A DNA stretch of 64,000 nucleotides from Blastocladiella emersonii ATCC 22665. Its lineage: Eukaryota; Fungi; Blastocladiomycota. This document shows, piece after piece, positions 34,187-43,622 of the stretch (position 1 is the first letter of the stretch; every line of letters starts with the position of its first letter). The stretch is from contig JANHCV010000002.1 in NCBI GenBank assembly GCA_025594325.1, forward strand, positions 62,001-126,000, given 5' to 3'. Made by a program: the position numbers and the translations under genes. Below the pieces are notes generated by a model. It did no database searches. It was given only the letters and a program-made list of their open reading frames with translations, and was not told the DNA's origin.

Positions 34187-35315
34187 ATGGCTCCCCCGTC
34201 AAGCAAAAAGCGCGCTGGCCGTACGGCCATGTCCATCGAGGAGATCGTCAAGAACGTGCCCGAAATCCGCCGCCGCCCGCCGATAGCGACGAGGATGCAG
34301 ATGACGACGCTGCTGGGAGCGACGGCAACGCTGCTGTCACGCCGACCAACCCGCTGCCGCCCGTGACCATCGCCAAGCCAAGCAAGCGCAAGGCCAGTGG
34401 CAGCAAGGCCAGCAGCGGCAAGGCCAGCGGCGGCAAGGCCACCTTCTGCTCCGCGTCGACCAACTTCCTCCTCGACCACTTCTGCAACCTCGCTGACGAC
34501 GGCGTGCTCGGCGACAGCAACACGCTCAAGGCCCAGCACCGTGTGTCGATTGCCCAGGCCCTGTCGGACGAGTTCAACATGCAGTTTACGGCGGAGCAGG
34601 TCAAGAACCGCGTGACATACGTACGCTTTGTCTTGCGGACACGCGTCAACCGTAGCGCTAACAACGTCAGCGTTCGGCTCCAGCTTCGCACTTGTTTTCG
34701 CGCCGTAAAACGGCTTCTGTCGTACTCGGGCAACGGCTGCACCTGGAATGAGGGTGAGTGCACGGTCGACGTGCCAGAGGAGTTCTGGAACGATCTCTCG
34801 GTACGTTTGTTCAATATCGTTACGCGTCAACTCGCGGCGAGCTAACAGCGCCTGGCCTGCTTCAATTGTAGGCAGAGCTCAAGGAGGAGCTGACTGCGGG
34901 CTGCAAGCCCTTCCCGTACTACAAGAAGGCCAACATGCTGTGGGGCAGCTCGACCGCCACCGGCGAGTACTCGCACCTCAAGCAGGACGGCAAGGAGTCT
35001 GGTGACGTGGAAGGTGTCGATGGTCAAGACGACGCGGCCCCCGCCAGCAAGCGCAGCCGCACTTCGGACAGCAGCTCGCGTCGCCTCTCGGACTCGGAAT
35101 TCCTCATGGGCATCAAGGAGGTGTTCCAGAGCGTCGCGACCGCCGACTCCAAGCCCGCTCTGACCGCCGCACTTGAATGGGTCCAGGACGCGTACAACGA
35201 CAATGAAGAGTACCAGATCGACGTCGCCACCCGCCTGACCGAGGATCAAGCGCTTCGCGTCATGGCCGTGTCCGAATCGAAGCGCAAGCGCGTCCTCGAT
35301 TTTTTCATTCAGTAG
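34187..35315 (+). CDS. Harbinger ORF1, Myb/SANT-like DNA-binding protein (introns 34621-34683, 34801-34871); apparent 1-nt frameshift near 34263
   Basis: QFTAEQVKNRVTY|LRTCFRAVKRLLSYSGNGCTWNE...EEFW and KPFPYYKKANMLWGSSTATGEY match the PIF ORF1 pattern. The ATG at 34187 is out of frame by one base with the downstream coding region. Confidence 0.8.
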
Positions 35316-35628
35316 CTCTCTCGCACATGTCCCCCTCCCCTCGCGTTGCTTCCTGGCCTTGTTCTCGCCCATTTGTGTCCAATACATCTGGCTTTGTGTC
35401 CATCGTATCTTCAATCGTTACCCTTCGCTCGAAAATGACGCGACTCGTTGAGAAACGCGTGGTTCTCAAAGTGTCTCGCACGTCACGTGATTGATCGACG
35501 CGTCTCCACCGATGCGTTCTGACCTCAGCGACGCGTCAAATCATCTGAAGTCGCTTATCTAACGTTATAGTACTTGACAAATCAGTATATTACAGCATGC
35601 ATGCGGGTACAACAATTATTTCGCGCCT

Positions 35629-36946
35629 TCAAAGACGGGTCCCACGAGCGGCCATGACGCGCCTGTACTCGGTCCAAAGAACATTTGCGACGCGGTTCCG
35701 AAGCGAGATACCGCGCTGACGAGCTCCGTCCAGCGAGGCCTCGAGGACAGCGGCCTCGTCGTCCTCCTCGTTCTCGTCGTCCAGGGGCTCGCGCCCACGC
35801 ACTGGCGCCTCACGCGCCGCGTCCCGCGCGCGCCGGAGCTCCGTCTCGGCGTCGCGAAAGAAGGCGTCGCCGCCTTGGTTCCACTTGTTGATCATGTTGT
35901 GCAGCGTGCAGAGCGCGTACACAAGCTTGACTTGAGTCTTGATTGGGTAGGCCGCGCCAATCGAGAGGACGCGGAACCGCTTCTTGAGCACGCCAAAGAT
36001 ACGCTCAACAGAGTTGCGGAGCGACGCGTGACGCAGATTGAAAAGCTCCTCGCGGTTCTTAACTCTACGTACGTTGATGAAGCGGATGAGATGGCGCCAA
36101 CGTGATGGTCATGGCAGTGAGAACGTACCCATCCTTGCCGCGGGCAAACTCGCGAAGATGATAGCGGGTACCGCGGAAGGGCACGATGATGGACGTGCGG
36201 TTTGCGTAGCCGCCGTCGGCGAGGTAGAAGCGGCCGGCGGGGATCTTGAACCCACGGGCGAAGGCGTCCAAGAGCACGCGCGAGTCATGCGCCTTGCCCT
36301 CCCACCCTGCAAGAACGTAGGTGAAATTCAAGTCAAAGTCGCAGGCAGCGAGGACATTTGAGGATATGGTCCCCTTGCGGTTTCGGAACGAGTCGTGAAG
36401 CTTAGTGGGCACAACAAACGGGATGTGCGTTCCGTCAAGCGCGCCGACCGCGTTCTGGAACGGAGCGTATTTCGGGTCGTGGGCGATGCGCTCATGCACG
36501 GGCGTAGAATCGGACGGCTGGACAATGAACTCGGGCATCAGGCGGTACAGAGCGTCGAGCACTTGCTTCAGAACCCTGGACGCGGTCTCGCCAGAGATTT
36601 GGAACCGCTCCCTGAGGTTGCGGTTGGTGCTGCCCTCGCCGGCCATGACAAGAAAAACCATGAAGCGCGCCTCGACGGACAGCTCGCGGCCGTCGGCGAG
36701 AAGGCCACGGTCGCGGAACAGGCGGCAGATGGCCTTGAAGGTCTTGCGGGGCATACGGGCGATTTCCGAAAAACGCGTTTCGCTGTTGCACGTCAGCAGC
36801 TCTTGAACCCACGACTCGCCGGAAAGCGTGGACGTGCGGATAGGCTCCCACGAGCGGCGCTCGTTGCGAGCAGCGAGACGTCGCAGGAGAGCGAGGGCGG
36901 CTGTGAGCATTAGGCCGCGCAGCTTGCGGTTGTATCCCTTGCCCAT
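35629..36946 (-). CDS. PIF/Harbinger DDE transposase (HARBI1/DDE_Tnp_4 family), 2 exons (intron 36065-36128)
   Basis: RMPRKTFKAIC, LRERFQISGETASR, AVGALDGTHI (D), AGWEGKAHDSRV (D), FYLADGGY, YHLREF, LFNLRHASLRNSVERIFGVLKKRF (E). The frame is intact. Confidence 0.95.
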
Positions 36947-37606
36947 GTTGTTTGAGGGCTCGAGAACACGATGCGTGAGGTTAGGTGTTGATTCGTTGCA
37001 ATAAGCGCGGCTGCAAAGAGGTGGGAAAGATTTTATTGCGGGGGGGGGTGGGCGTTCATCCAGCGGGGCGTTTGGTTCGCACGGCCGCTGAGATGAACGG
37101 GGGTGAGGTGAAACGTGGCAACTTTTTCAGCTGATCCACCCGATCTGAACCAAACGGGCCCTAAGTCGGTGACATGCGTCCTACTTGGGCATTGTTCGGT
37201 CGTACCGCGCGACTGGGAGCGGAGACATCCGCGCGAGTCCGTGTTGCTGCCATTGTCCGATTTGACGATGCCAGCGTTTCCCGGGTTACGTTAGAACAGT
37301 GTCAAAGCTTGGGCTACCCTCTGAGAACTAATCTCCCGTTTCATGGGCTCGTCGTACAGTGTTTCTCGCACGACTGGAGTTGCGTGATTCGAGGTCTGAT
37401 CGACGCGTTGCGCCACACGCGGCAACACGTCCGCCATGCTCGCTTTCCCAAAACGTCGTTGAACATGGCACGATTGTCACTGCGTTGCCAGACGGGAACA
37501 TCCATAGTGTGTTCAGACGCCGTCACCTTCGCGCTTGCCGCGCACACGGTGCATCAGGCGAACTCACTTCCTCGTCAGTCGCCGCTCCCCTGTCTCAAGC
37601 AAAAAA

Positions 37607-37968
37607 ATGTCCAGTACCAACCAGACCGCCAGTCAAGCAGTGGACTTTTCGCCCCTCGACAACTTCCTTCGAGCTCCCGCGTCAGACGTGTTCAAGGACG
37701 AGAACAAGCGGCGGGGCTCATTCGGCTCATCGCGCTGCGCGTCCAGTCGCTTCGCCAGCGCCTTCTCCTGCACTATGCGGGTTTCCTACACAATGCCGAG
37801 AAGCCCAAGTACTCCGTGGACGACGCTGAGAATTTTCGTCGGTACCTGGCCAGGCCCATCGAGCATCACGTCGACCTCGCCCGCATGCTCATGGACCCGC
37901 CGATCAAGGATGCCGAAGCGGAGCTGCTCGAGCTCGTCAACAAGCGCCGCGAGAAGGCCTGGTACTGA
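37607..37968 (+). pseudogene. Paralog B of the orphan at 33415; one-base frameshift in the G-run at 37713-37716
   Basis: MSSTNQTASQAVDFSPLDNFL..KRRG is in one frame and LIRLIALRVQSLRQRLLLHYAG..DPPIKDAEAELL in another. One extra G restores gap-free alignment to paralog A. A sequencing error is also possible. Confidence 0.65.
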
Positions 37969-38026
37969 TCTGTTTGGTTGATCATGAGCATAATATATGT
38001 ACACACTTGTTCTTCGTTCGTCACGA

Positions 38027-39895
38027 TCACCGCCGTCCATCACGTCCGCCGTAGCCCTGTTGCTGCTGGCGCTGCCGATGTCGCGGATCCACGTCTTCCT
38101 CGTCCTCCTCGTCCGTCAGGTACATGGTACGCGCCATGTCGCGCTTGGGCATGACCTGGTCGTACCGCGCGGCTCGCGCCGGGGACGCGGGCATCTGCGG
38201 GCCCGCGACGCCGCCGTTGCTCGCCGATCCGAGCCGGCCACGACCCGCGGCCAGCGACGGCACACTGTTTGGGTTGAGGTTGCGCAGGGAGAACCCGGAC
38301 CGCAACGTGTCGCTCGCGTACCCACCGACCGGTCCGCCGCTCTGCGACGGCAGCGATCCGCGCGGGTACGTCGACGGGTCGTACGGGTCGACCGACTCGG
38401 CGTACAGCTGGCCGCTCATGAACGTGGCGCGCGGCGTCTGCATGGGCGACGTGAACCGCGACCCGCCGTTGCCCGAGCCCGACGAGTGCGTCGGCGTTGA
38501 CCGGCTGTGCTGGTTGTACGGGTCGTAGTCGCTCGAAGACGCCGGGGAGAGCGGCGCGAGTCGCTGCGACGCGGGCTGCGAAGGAGGTGGTGGTGGTGCG
38601 CCGCCGCGGTAGGCGGCCGACGCGGGCGCGAGCCGAGGTGACGCGTTGACGAACCGCGAGGACGACGGAGGGCCGGGCGCGGGTTGCTGCGGGCGGCCAA
38701 AGGCGGGGCTGCCGTACCCGTACGCGGCCGGGTTGGCGAGCCCGGGTCCACCGTTGCCGGATGCCATGTAGCTCGCGCCGCCCGGGACGCCCGACGGGGT
38801 GCCGAACGACGGGACCGTCTCGCGGTCGAACCGCAAAGCTGGCGGAGCAAAGTCGACAAAGTCGTCCTGCTTGCCAGTGGCGGCGCCCTCGGGCTTCGAG
38901 TCGGCGACGGCGATCAGCTGCACGCCGCCGCCGTACGCGTCGCTGGGGCCAAAGTCGGCCTTGGTCGGCGCGATGCCCATGGCCGGCGCCGCCGGCTGCG
39001 TGGCGCGCGTCGAGTCGCTCGGCTCGAAGCCGACGCGGTCGAGCGGCTTGGGCAGCGCGACGAGCGCGGCGAGCGCGAGCAGGCCCATGGCGCCCTGCGA
39101 GATGGCGAGGAGCTTGAGCAGGAGGAGCGGGTTCGCGGGGCCCGTGGGCGTCGCGGACATGGTGCCGAGCTGCTGCTGTTTCTGTTTCTGTTGCTGCTGC
39201 TGCGGCCGGTTTGGAGCGGCGCCGTTGGTGGTGGCTGTGCGGTTCTGGCGCGCGGCAGCACCCGCGGTGGCAGTCGGTGGTGATGATGGGGAAGTTGATG
39301 AGGATGGCGCGAGGTCGGCGGCGGCCAAGAGCGACTGAGCGATAATCGGCGGGGCCGCAGACAGGCGCGGCGACGAGACGCGCGAGGTGCCCGTCGGTAG
39401 CACAGCGCCGCGCGTGGCCGTGGCGGTCGTGGAACCGACACGGTTGCCGGCCGACGGGGTCGGCGTCGAGGAGGTCGGGACCATGCCGGAGCCGACAGCG
39501 GCGCCCGCGGCCTCGAGCTGCTGCTTGGGGAATGCAGACTCGCCAAAGAGCTGCAGCGGCTTGTCGGCGAGCGGGCCCGGGACGGGGACCAGGTTGAAGA
39601 AGGCGAGGGTGAGGTACACGGACGCGGCCGCGTACACGAGCAGGAGGAGGATGAGGAACCGGATCAGCCCGGTGACGACGGGGCTCGCGCGGTACGACGT
39701 GTAGATGCGCGAGGCGAGCGAGCACTGTCGCCGACGCACAAAGGTCAGGACGAGCGCGAGCACACCGAGAACAGCGCCGGCGCCCGCGAGGAACATGGCG
39801 CGGGTCGCCTTGTCCTCGAAGAGGAAAAAGCCGAATGCGCCCGCCGAGCCGGCTAGCACGAGGTGCACCAGCGCGGCGCCAATGTACGGCGCCAT
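38027..39895 (-). CDS. Uncharacterised membrane protein (N-terminal TM helices, Pro/Ser/Gly-rich tail)
   Basis: Hydrophobic segments at the N-terminus and mid-protein; host codon bias; likely start MAPYIG. Confidence 0.65.
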   Translation of the reverse strand: MAPYIGAALVHLVLAGSAGAFGFFLFEDKATRAMFLAGAGAVLGVLALVLTFVRRRQCSLASRIYTSYRASPVVTGLIRFLILLLLVYAAASVYLTLAFFNLVPVPGPLADKPLQLFGESAFPKQQLEAAGAAVGSGMVPTSSTPTPSAGNRVGSTTATATRGAVLPTGTSRVSSPRLSAAPPIIAQSLLAAADLAPSSSTSPSSPPTATAGAAARQNRTATTNGAAPNRPQQQQQKQKQQQLGTMSATPTGPANPLLLLKLLAISQGAMGLLALAALVALPKPLDRVGFEPSDSTRATQPAAPAMGIAPTKADFGPSDAYGGGVQLIAVADSKPEGAATGKQDDFVDFAPPALRFDRETVPSFGTPSGVPGGASYMASGNGGPGLANPAAYGYGSPAFGRPQQPAPGPPSSSRFVNASPRLAPASAAYRGGAPPPPPSQPASQRLAPLSPASSSDYDPYNQHSRSTPTHSSGSGNGGSRFTSPMQTPRATFMSGQLYAESVDPYDPSTYPRGSLPSQSGGPVGGYASDTLRSGFSLRNLNPNSVPSLAAGRGRLGSASNGGVAGPQMPASPARAARYDQVMPKRDMARTMYLTDEEDEEDVDPRHRQRQQQQGYGGRDGRR

Positions 39896-41244
39896 GGCGG
39901 CGACGGCGGGGGCAGGAAGGGGCGGTGGCGGGTCGGCGCGAGCGGGAGCGCGAGGGTGGTGGCGCCGGCCCGCGGCGGATGATGGTGAGGCGGTCGGCCG
40001 AGTTGGACGAGTGCGAGGGGAGGTGGGGCCGATCCAGCGGTTGGAGGCATCCGACCCAGCGGCGCCACAGACGGAGGAGACGAGAAGGCGGCGAGGACGG
40101 CGATGGAGGAGCGGGCGAGGTCGCCGTCGTCGAGGCCGTCGCAGTCGTTGTGGACGGTCCAGCGTCACTTGCACAAGGAAGCGTTGAGCAGGGATTAGCG
40201 AGGCTTAGCCTCAGGAGAGAGAGCGAGCTTGCGGCTGGAGGGCGGGCGGCAAGCAGGGGGAATCACAAGCCGAGAGATGAGCTCGATGTCCAAGTCGGGA
40301 ACAGCGAACACCGCGGCGGACAGCGGTCGTCGGCTAGAACCCTCGGGAGAAGCGAAGTCGCGAGCACGCGAGAGGGGACGCCAGCACCGGCGACATGATT
40401 GGGCGAGGCGGTGCACGGCGGTAAGTGCAGGACGGCGGCGGGCGGGAGTGCGGCGGTCGCGGGCGCGCGTGCATGCACGGTTCCTGCAAGCCTCAGCCAC
40501 TCACGTGTCGGGCTTGCATTGATGAAGTCGCCACAGGGCCGCGCGCACCGCGTCGCCGGCGACCAGCTGCTCCTCTTCTCTCGTGAGTCGAACGGCCTTC
40601 TTTCGGTCTCCCGAGGTCAGGGACCCGATGCATCGTTTCTCATCGTGTAACGCGAAAGACGCACGTTGCACTGTGACGCGTCCGACTTGAGGCGCCGGCT
40701 CGACGGCTCCGAGCACCAGCTGCGCGCTCGTGCATGCGTCATGATGCCGGCTCAGCAGCAAGAACGCTCTCAAGCGGATCAGCGCGCTGTTATTGCTCAT
40801 TTGAACGCGATGAGATCAACCGGCGTGCTCCAGGCGACGCTCGCTGCCGCGGCCGTCGCTGCGGGCGCAGGATGCGCAGCGGTCGCCGCCTTGGCCACCG
40901 CCGTCGCGACCGACTGACAGCGTGTCAGCTTCTCTGCGGCGTGACGAGGGAGTATCCGCCGCGTGTCTGCTTTCGAGCCTCGAAGTCGCGCTGAATGCGC
41001 GACGTTCTTCCCGAGGCATGAGGTTCGCGTCGCTCGCGCCCATGGCAGGTCCTTGCGCCGTGCAGGCAAGCTGGCGACTGTCTTCACCGTACAACTGAGC
41101 AAGGAGGTGCTTCTCTCGCAGTGTCCGTAACCGGGCGGGACGAGCAGAGTCGAATACCAAGCAGTTGTTATAGACGGGCGGTGGGGAACAGAGAGAGATA
41201 AACGAGGAAACGGGTCGGGAACTAGGGTACAGATCAGAGCGACC

Positions 41245-41913
41245 TTACACGGTCACCTCCTTGGCCTTGGGCGCTGGCGCAGCAGCAGCAGCGGCGGCGA
41301 GGGCAGCGGCGGCAGCCTCGGCCTCCTCCTTGCGCTCCTTGTCCTGGCGCGCGCGCGTGACGATCTCGAACGCTGCGGGCAACCGGAGGCCGGCCTGGCG
41401 GAGAGCGTCCTTGGCCACCTCCCAGTGCAGGGCGCCGCCGCCAATCTCGAACACGATGCGGCCCATGGGCACGCGGCACGCGTAGAACTCGAGGGTACCC
41501 TTACCCTTACCCATACGCGTCTCGTTACCCTTGGACGTGACGGGGATGTCGGGGAACACGCGCAGCCACATCTCGCACCCCTTGACGGGACGGATCTTGC
41601 GGCGGATGACGCGGCGCGCCGCCTCGAGCTGCGCCGCCGAGATACGCGCGCCCTCGCGCATAGCGAGACCGTACTCGCCGTGCTGCAGCGTGGTACCGGC
41701 CTTGGACCCGCCGATCGGCAGCGGGATGCGGCCCTTGTGCGCCTTGCGGAACCGGACCTTGCGCGGGTTCACAATCTCACCAGCAAAGCGGCGCTGGTGC
41801 GCGGAAGCGGCCTGCGGGGCCACCACGAGCGACGAGGGGACGGCAGCCGGGGCAGAGGCGGCAGCGGTCGAGGTGAGGCCCAGGCGGCCAAAGGCGCGGG
41901 TGAGCGAGAACAT
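41245..41913 (-). CDS. MRPL16: Mitochondrial ribosomal protein uL16m
   Basis: Arg/Ser/Ala-rich presequence, PRKVRFRKAHKGR, GEYGL, RISAAQLEAARR, RVFPDIPVTSKGNETRMGKGKG, GRIVFEI. Confidence 0.95.
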   Translation of the reverse strand: MFSLTRAFGRLGLTSTAAASAPAAVPSSLVVAPQAASAHQRRFAGEIVNPRKVRFRKAHKGRIPLPIGGSKAGTTLQHGEYGLAMREGARISAAQLEAARRVIRRKIRPVKGCEMWLRVFPDIPVTSKGNETRMGKGKGTLEFYACRVPMGRIVFEIGGGALHWEVAKDALRQAGLRLPAAFEIVTRARQDKERKEEAEAAAAALAAAAAAAPAPKAKEVTV

Positions 41914-43470
41914 GGCGGCGGGGAGCGGTGGTGGCGACGGTTGTTGGTAGGCGTTGGAGGATCGGGGCGATGCGCGTGTCGCCGTTGATTACGTTGCGTC
42001 GAGTTAAGCGTTCATCAAGGGTGTGCTCCGTCGTCAAATGCTAGCCAAGGGCGCTCGCGTCCGGCGAGCGTTCAGGTGCCACAACACAATCGAGTTCAAA
42101 AAGCGCCTCCCAACCGGTCACCCTGGCCCACGTGGTGCGAATCAACAGCTGGCTCGCTCCCCGCTCGCGCCTTCCCTGCGCCCCAAAAGCGAGGTAAACG
42201 GTGTCTGCCGGCCTGAATGCACCGACCATGCAGCAACAGCGCCATGCAGCTCCACCGCTTCCGTCACACACCCTCCATCCCCCAACTTGTACGTCTCCCC
42301 CGGACCCCGACCAGCCAGCCTGCCGCCCCCACATGTCGCCTTCAGGGAAGAAAAAACATGCCGCCCCAGGCGGAAAGAGAAACAATGTCGATATCGCATC
42401 ATTTTCCGATTCTGAGAAGACGAACACGGTGGCTCGCGGCGCTGCAACGACATCGCTCTCGAACCAGTTGCTAACTGTTCTCTCGCTTGCCTCCATAGCC
42501 TGCTCGCACACCTACCTCCCCTCTCGTTTCCCTCGACACGGTCCCAGTGCGGACCGATCCTGCTCCGTCGCCACCGTCGACCCCCCGTTTCTCTCACATC
42601 GAGAAGCGGGTCCTCAGATCTGCTATTCATCCCCGCCGTCCGCTCGCTCGCCCTTCTCGAGGATGAAGATCACCTTCTTTCTCACCATAGCTTATCACTT
42701 TCCCGTGCTGGTTGTATTCACACTGGCCGACTCGAGGAGCGCTCAGCGCGCGTCCACACTTGTTTTGCTACTTTCTTGACCGACCATGATATGGCGATGA
42801 GGAGAACAACCAAAATATTTCATGCTAAGTCCGAACATGGCTGAGGACACCTTTCTCTCTGAGCCGCTCGCTGCTTCGCAGCACACGTTGCTACTCTATG
42901 TGCGTTTTGCTTCGCTTCTCGCGCGACAGGGCTTCGGTCTCGCACGGCTATTGAACGAGACCGAGTGGCAAGCAACGTGATGACCGATGCTTCGACACGT
43001 ATCCTCAACACACCTTCTCGCGTTAAATGCACCGCTTCGAGCGGCATCGCTAGCTTTCAACGCTGTGAGCGCGGTACCGACCGCCAACGCTACTTAGGTT
43101 TCCCATCACCTCGGGGATCACCTCCCCAACTTAGTGTTGGTACCACCTCAAACTGACCTGTACATGGTGCGCGCGCTAGTTAAGATCATAGATGATGGCT
43201 GCACCGCTCAAAACGAGCGTTGGCTGACGGGGTGGGGTGGAGTTGAGCTATCGCGCGGCTGACGCATTTTCCGCTCCACAACCACGGATCCTTGGTTTAA
43301 AAACAAGTTTTGCTCACGAAAGTAGTGGATTAGGTTCGTAAGCGGGCGTCAAGCTTGTTAGCAAACAAATTGGCTTGGTGAGGGTGACGCGAACCAGCGT
43401 TCAAGGTCCGCGTGCGATGCGACCTCGGAAGTCTCGTTAAACATCCCCCACACCTCGGGGACGCCAAAAG

Positions 43471-43552
43471 TACTAGGGATGGGGTTCGAACCCATGCCTC
43501 CGAAGAGATTGGAACTTGAGACCAACGCCTTAGACCGCTCGGCCACCCTAGC
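43471..43552 (-). tRNA. tRNA-Leu(CAA): tRNA-Leu(CAA), intronless, 82 nt, with G1:U72 and U31.U39 deviations
   Basis: GCTAGGG acceptor stem, A-box TGGCCGAGCGGTCTAAGG, anticodon loop CT-CAA-GT, long variable arm, B-box GGTTCGAACCC, discriminator A, downstream TTTT terminator. Confidence 0.88.
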
Positions 43553-43622
43553 GATATTTTTGTGAGTTTGCGCAGATGAGGTTCCTGTTCACCTAAAACA
43601 GCGCCCCACCCTCCTCCTCCCC

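Larger units (their letters stand above)
33917..37161. mobile_element. PIF/Harbinger DNA transposon, 3,245 bp, full-length
   Basis: Perfect 15-bp TIRs GGGCCCGTTTGGTTC (33917-33931 and 37147-37161). TAA target-site duplication at 33914-33916 and 37162-37164. Carries a Myb/SANT-like ORF1 and a DDE transposase in convergent orientation. Confidence 0.96.

Noticed and set aside
33370-34190. Similar leaders before orphan A and Harbinger ORF1 (CTCGCTC...AGCCGAAA..GAA..ATG)
   Set aside because: CT-rich leaders with an A-rich start context are generic here, and the match is too short to show capture.
40666-40917. Short Ala-rich ORF between the 38027 gene and MRPL16
   Set aside because: No convincing start or codon bias; may be chance.
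42201-42779. ORF MSPSGKKKH... with a possible intron at 42429-42498
   Set aside because: Weak GTGGCT donor, a short product, non-host codon usage and no motifs; not supportable as a gene.
43100-43175. Hairpins (GGGGA..TCCCC, CCAAC..GTTGG) and CTAG|T suggesting a Helitron 3' end
   Set aside because: The hairpin-to-CTAG spacing is atypical, and this orientation would exclude the Doa10 fragment. No matching A|TC 5' end could be identified.
22047-43552. Exportin-T, POP1 and a tRNA as a tRNA-processing cluster
   Set aside because: They are interspersed with unrelated genes; likely coincidence.
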